Shown in pieces: positions 58,084-64,000 of a stretch of DNA of 64,000 bases (position 1 is its first letter; the number at the start of each line of letters is the position of its first letter). The position numbers and the translations under genes are program-made. The stretch is taken from the NCBI GenBank assembly GCA_002269645.1, contig NIVC01000390.1, positions 310,001 to 374,000 of the forward strand, read 5' to 3'. This DNA comes from Macrostomum lignano. Taxonomy: Eukaryota. The notes beneath the pieces are model-generated. The model was not told where the DNA came from, made no database searches, and was given only the letters and a program-made list of their open reading frames with translations.

Positions 58084-61000
58084 TCACAGAGTGCTGTTAA
58101 CCGCATTCGCGACGTCTTGAACCTGTCGGACGCAATGCCGCAGGCTGCGTGACAAACCTGACAGCGATTTGGCAGCCTGGTGCAGCGCCGCCTGCTGCTG
58201 GCGCATCGCCTCGGACAGCGACCTCAACGATGCCGAAGGAGGCGGAGGCGGTGAGTGCAACTGTCGGCGCAGTCCGCGGCAGCTGCTGTTGTTGCCCGAC
58301 CGAGAGGTTTTTCTACTGCGCTTCGAGCTTTTAAACTGTCGAGACTCTCGCGTCTTTGGCTGCGGCGTCGGCGGAGGCGGAGAAAGAGTGGAACGCTGCT
58401 TCTTGTGTCGCTGCCGCCTCGCTAAAGCCTGGTCGCGTCGCCGCTTGGCCGCCTTGTCCAGCGTGAGCAGCAGTTTGGTGAAGCCGGACGACTGGCCGAG
58501 CTCGCACGACGACCAGGTCGGCGCCAGAGGAGCCGCAGCTGCCATCACCGCCGCCGCCTTGTCAGTCTCGCCGCTCTGGTCCAGCACCTCTAAAGTGGAG
58601 TTGCTCTCGCCGATGTCCTCGACTCCCTGGGCATCCCAATTCGGCTGACCGGCGACGACCGGCTCAGGACTGCCGGATCGGGTCATCGGCGCTGCCAGCC
58701 TCACCTGGCGCACCAGGTCGGCGATCCGAAACAGCGGCTGCTGCCAGTTGATGTCTTCCACGCTGTCAAAGCCGCTGCCGCCGCCTCCTTCGCCTTCTCC
58801 GCTATCTTCAACGCCACCGACGCCGCTGCTCATCAAAGCCAGCAGGCTGGCCGACGAGACCAGCCGCTCCGGTGGGCTGGAGGTCTCGCAGACTCGCTGC
58901 ACGATCAACACGGGCGCCGCCTGAAGTCCGACATGCTGAAGGGCAGGTTTCGTGCCGTCGTGCTGCTGCTCCTGCTGCTGCTGGTGCATCAGGGCCGATG
59001 AATCTTGGATATCTTCGCTTTCCTCCATTGTCTCTTTGTTCCCGTCCGTTGGGTCTTTGTTGCCCTCCGCTCTGTGAGCGTCGCTGTCAGACGGACAGCT
59101 GCAGGTGGACACAATCTTGTTGGCGGCCTTCGCCAACGTGTCGCTGCTCGCATCCGCAGCCGCAGTCGCCGTGACGGTGCAGCAAACGGAGCCGGGAATC
59201 GGCAGGCGGACTTCAACGCTGGCGCAGTTCTGGTTGCCCTGCTCGCCTACGAGCGCCTTGTCGGCAACTACGGTGCAGCGACCGCAGGAGGCGCACCAGC
59301 CGGAGCCGGCGGCTGCCTCCGCAGTCAGGAGCATCTCAGGCTCGTAGGCAAGCTGCTCAGCTACCACCTCAAGAGGTCGCGGCTGCGGCGGTGGAGGCGG
59401 TGTTTGCAGCAGCTCCTCAAGCTGCGGATTGGCGACTCTCAGCGGCTCGCGTTCGATTTTTTCCGGTAGCTGCAGTTTAATCATCACCGGGGGAAGCTGC
59501 TGCTGCTGTGCTTGAAACCAGCGAATGGATTCCATGCCGCTGTTTGGCTCAGCAAAATCTGCTGCCACTTGCGCGCGATGGAAGCTCGAAGCGGGCTCGA
59601 AACCTTGCTCATTGTCGGGCAAATCCGAAGCTGGAAGCAGAAACACTGGCTGCCCCGCAGAGCTGAACAGTTGCACCTGTCGGCTCGGTCCGAGAAGCTC
59701 CTTAGGCGGTGGCGACGGCGGCCGTGAGGTCGGCTGCTGCGACGGTCTGTGAGGCCTCTTCTTTTTTGGCTGCGGCTTCTCAGCAGCCGAAGGCGGCGTG
59801 GCCGCTGGCGAGGCTTGGTGAGGCTGCCGATGAAGACAGCAGCGGAGCCGCATGTTCTCAACGATCGTGGCTGTCACAGCTGATGGTAGAGCGCGACAGC
59901 CGTCTCCGCCGCCGTCATTGCAGGGGCTGCTGGCGTCCTCGTCCTCGACAGCGGAATCCGTGCCAGGGCTTTGCGTGCGGTCTGAGACCGACGAGAAGGC
60001 CTGGGTGGTTGTGTTGGGGCCGCGGGTGTCGTGGTGTTAATGGTCCTTGAGAGTTTTCAATGAGATTGCAGCGACTACCGACTAGTAGACAGAGGTACAA
60101 GGCCCTCCTTCATATGTCTCTTTCGTTGCTTTCCTCTATTCCTATTCCATTCCTTTCTCTCTTCTCATCTCCGCAAAATAATCTAGCTCACTTCTCCTCT
60201 ATTCCCTTCTCGTTCTTTCCTCTCCTCCCCTATCTCCTCTCTCCTCTTTCCTCTCTCCTTTCCCCTCTCTCCACTCTCTTCTCTCTTCTCCTCTCCTACT
60301 CCTCTCCTCTCTTGCTCCTTTCCTCTCGTCTCGTCTCGTCTTTTCTCTTCTCTTCTTTCCTACTCAGCTCAGCTCATTAATTCTACTCTAATCTACCATC
60401 TATCTGCTATGCTCTTATAGCTATGAACTTTCTGGCTTGCTATTTACCCACATACGCGTACACTATTTCCCTCTACAATAAGCGGAACAGAAGCTATAGA
60501 TGTGTGCACATGTGTACACACAGGCCTGTAGGTCGTACGCTACACTCTCTGCCTCACATTATTCATGACTCACCCTCTCGCCTAAACTTGTTTACCGATT
60601 CTCGACCAATCACGCATCGCTTTACCCCCACCCCCCAATATTGACTAATAAATATATTGAGCAAACAAAGCCACACAGAGGCCACCTTTCTCGGCACGCA
60701 AACCTAGACTTCACAAGGCCCAGATACGCGGGCTTGCTATTGAAAGCAAAGATGAAGCCAAACCTGTATCCGCGAGCCGCAGCTGGACTCCAGAGTGTCG
60801 GTCGTGCAAGACACGCATTGCAGCTTGCCACCCGGTGCCGCCAGTCGCTCCCCAGCCGCCTCCCTTTCTAGAAAACGCTTCAAGTTGCGCAGCGCCAGTC
60901 GCGTCTCCGCCGCGTTGGGCGATCGGGAGCGGCTATCCGACAGCCTGCGGCGGGCGATGAGCACCTGCCAGGTAGCGGGACAGTCGGTGCTGCGCCTGCT

Positions 61001-63897
61001 CAGTCTATTCTCAGCTTCTCAATCGGGTACTGCTTATTAAGAGCGCCCCCTCTACCCTCTCACTCATCCTCACCTTCCCGTATACTACTGCCCGCTCTTC
61101 CCCTTCTCTCTTCTCCATCTCACCTCCCCATCTCAGCTCTCCATCTCACCTCCATCTGCGCGGCCAGAGCCTTGACTTCTTGCTGCGCCTCTTTGGAGAC
61201 TCTGTTAGTGAGCAGCGACTCGGAGAACATTCGCACCGCGGTCACAATGTTGTCAATGGAAGCCTGGCCGACCTCGGCAGCCGTAGCGATGGCTGGCGCT
61301 GCCGAACTTACTGACGAGTTCGACGCCTGAGGCTTGGGCGGCTGCTGCTGCCTGGGCATCATCTCAATGCGAGCGCCTAGTGGGTTTCCAAGGGTCGGTT
61401 GTCTCTTTCTGGCGGCCATACTAAAAGTTCCGAACAGTTGATACGATAGCTCGTGCTGGCGCCGATTCTGCAGAGTATATTTTTTACATCCTAATTAGGG
61501 ATTCTTTCAATCTGATTTACTGCGTACATTTACTGACTGGCGCTTTTGTCATAGACATTTTTTATCGTTTTCCTAAACAGATGTTTAATGATAAGGCTTA
61601 TTACGCTCGTATAAGGAAGCGAGAAGAGAACTAACGCAAGGCATAGTGAGCGGAGAGGCGGATTCAATGAGCGGAGAGGCAGATTCAATGAGCAGAGAGG
61701 CGGATTCAATGAGCGGAGAGGCGGATTCAATGAGCGGAGAGGCGGATTCAATGAGCGGAGAGGCGGATTCAATGAGCGGAGAGGCAGATTCAATGAGTGG
61801 AGAGGCAGATTCAATGAGCGGACAGGCGGATTCAATGAGCGGAGAGGCAGATTCAATGAGTGGAGAGGCAGATTCAATGAGCGGAGAGGCAGATTCAATG
61901 AGCGGAGAGGCAGATTCAATGAGCGGAGAGGCAGATTCAATGAGCGGAGAGGCAGATTCAATGAGCGGAGAGGCAGATTCAATGAGCGGAGAGGCGGATT
62001 CAATGAGCGGAGAGGCAGATTCAAAGTAGATCAAAATTCCAGCTGAGACATCAACACAACAAAGCTGCTCAACGGTGGGGCACAGTGATGTACATGTACG
62101 AGCTATTTTAAAGTTTTATTGCTTTTTTAGGAATATAAATCAAGGATGGGTGTGCATTAATATCAATAATAAAAAATTGCTCCATCACAAAGTGACATGT
62201 TTTTGTTAGCAGAATATAGTGCAAAATGGCAATCAATGCATGAAAAAGGAGATACGTGGAGCCGAGCAATGCAGAGGAAAATTGGTGCAAAGTATTCATT
62301 ATTTAAAAGTACGTTGAGTTCAAACAAAACGACAAATTAAAGTCGTTTGTATCGAGGCTTATAAATATATAGAATCACGATATTCGAAAAAGTAGCATTG
62401 CACAGCCATAAAGTTGCAGCGATTTAGTGAAGGGAGGCTGAGGGTTAAGGATTCGAGGGTACGTAAGTACATGTACAGACCTAAAACATCTAAATAAAGT
62501 AGTCTCGGCAGTCCTCTTAGCCAATTGAAACTTACTGATACTCGTAGAATAAAGATTAATATTACTACGAGCGCGCATCAATGCGAAGAAGTTTTAGGTG
62601 ATAAAAAAACGTTTACTGACGAGACCGCCCTGGCCTCAAGTGCGCTCATTTAAGGATTGATGACCAGGCCGCACACACATCCGCATTGAAATTTTCGAAA
62701 TTCGACATCTTCAGCTTGTATAATCTGCCGTCCAGCATGAACAGATTCAGGCTATGATGGTTAATAGCAGATCCTTGAATGCTGACTCAAAGATTTATGA
62801 AATTTACGTGCGAAATAGTCTTTGGGATTGAGAGGATTGAGAGAATCAGTTCTACTTTACAACTGAGAGTAAGGGGGCTCTTATCTGCCAGCGGCTCAGG
62901 CTCGATTTCAAGTGAAGTCACTTTAATTTGGGGCTAAATTGGAATCTCGGCTTTGCTCTGCTCGTGCAATTAACGCCCTTGAGGGCCAACCCCCTGGGCA
63001 CAGTGAAGTGTATATGCCTAACGATAAATACAGCTAGGGCCGCTGTACTCTCCTGTGTGAGTGTGGACCTGTGCGATTCCTGCGTGCGTATCCGCGCGCA
63101 TGTGTGCCTGCTCAGGGGAGTCGGCGGAATCGCCGGTTGTGTGACAATGTCGCTTAAAGTGTGCCAGCAGGGTACACACAGCCCCCTGCCTCCAATGAAA
63201 AAATAAATACAACATGAGAGTGGAATGCACACATGAAGCCTAAACTCAAAATATCAATCTTACTACTTGTTGTTTCGCTGTTAGATAGTAGTAAAAATAG
63301 CTTCTGGTTCTTCACATGCTGTGCACAGTGTCCAGCAGTTCCTCAACACTCTTGCAGGCCTTATACTTGCACTTTGCTTTTGTGACCACCGCAACTTTGC
63401 CAGCCAGCTGCCAGGTCCTGAGTTCGATGCCACCCGGCGTCTGACGCCAGCCGGACGTGAACGGCACGCAGGTGTCCTCGCGCAGGGTCACGACCTGCAG
63501 ACGGCCTTTGATTGCGCCGCCTCCACCGCCGGCAGTTGGCAGCGGCAGGAACAGCGTGACCTGCGCGTGCAGCGGCGCTTCCGTGATCTGCTCGACGCGC
63601 ACCAGGTGCCCCACGGTCACCAGGTTGTCAACGGCTGGCAGCACCTGGCGCAGCTCGTCAATCAGTGACTTATCAATAGACTCAACCCGCATATGCAGCT
63701 CGATGGCCTTCTCAACCGAGTTGGCTGGGAAGTGAATCCGAACAGCCGGATCAAAGGTGGACGCAAACAGTCCGCCGGCCTGGGTGATGACAAACACGTC
63801 GGGCTGGGCCTGCACCGAGTGACCCCTGCGCTGGCTGAGCGTCCGCACCGGCAGGCTGGGACTGCGGTCCATTGCCGTCTGGGAGCGGAGGTCCTGG
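58084..63897 (-). CDS. ZU5-domain protein (ankyrin/DTHD1-type ZU5-C) with a long disordered tail; proposed exons 63897-63316, 62751-62679, 61467-61150, 60964-60764, 60000-58084; probably 5'-incomplete
   Basis: GGLFASTFDPAVRIHFPANSVEKAIELHMRVESI and VGHLVRVE...LHAQVTLFLPLP match ankyrin ZU5-C. Splice phases chain consistently (2, 0, 0, 0) with AG/GT sites. Linking the downstream low-complexity exons to the ZU5 exon is inferred from phase only. Confidence 0.6.
60120..60380. repeat. CT-rich low-complexity tract in an intron of the minus-strand gene
   Basis: Nearly pure pyrimidine on the + strand. Confidence 0.85.
61645..62023. repeat. 21-bp minisatellite GAGCGGAGAGGC(A/G)GATTCAAT, about 18 copies
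   Basis: Read directly. Confidence 0.97.
62880..63235 (+). mobile_element. Diverged SINE family 2 copy in an intron of the ZU5 gene
   Basis: TTGGGGCT, GAGGGCCAACCCCCTGGGCACAGTG, GTGTATATGCCTAAC...AGGGCCGCTGTAC. Confidence 0.65.
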
Positions 63898-64000
63898 CTG
63901 TGAACAAAATATAAAACAATTTGCAGATAAACTGTAAGTATAAGAGCTGCACTACAAAAGAGTAACATGGAATTCATACTTGGACTTGGCCTTCCTCAAT

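Noticed and set aside
7017-62034. Long repetitive ORFs (PTYL, KPVPSHTV, ISPVELSPL, LGWAGV, FRSASGST, ESASPLI, SGEADSM and others)
   Set aside because: They are translations of tandem repeats open in several frames or on both strands, in introns and spacers.

Overview
Eukaryotic (metazoan) genomic DNA, not prokaryotic: GC-rich, Ala/Gln/Pro-biased exons sit in AT-rich sequence packed with about 20 different minisatellites, SINEs and transposon debris. The style strongly resembles the free-living flatworm Macrostomum, but that is an inference, not a database result. Genes, with exon phases checked by hand: an amine (octopamine/tyramine-like) GPCR exon (-, 1428-2159); a peptide-type class A GPCR (+, 12830-14051); a SAMD1/atherin-like winged-helix + SAM gene (+, 26144-27790); a co-oriented block of five housekeeping genes, ELP2, EXOSC4, an atypical DUSP, BABAM1 and PUS10 (+, 33506-55378); and a 5'-incomplete ZU5-domain gene (-, 58084-63897). 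The most notable signal is that the five-gene block looks like a spliced-leader (SL) trans-spliced operon. Each gene is preceded by its own satellite array running almost to an acceptor-like AG or the start codon. ELP2 has no genomic in-frame ATG: its conserved N-terminus starts exactly in frame after an acceptor, as expected if the AUG ending the flatworm SL is the initiator. Other points are a GC-AG intron in EXOSC4, an in-frame acidic repeat behind the PUS10 stop, two Merlin-like foldback elements with 8-bp TSDs, and a structured tRNA-derived SINE family. Regions 7.6-12 kb and 15-22 kb contain decayed coding-like sequence I cannot assign.
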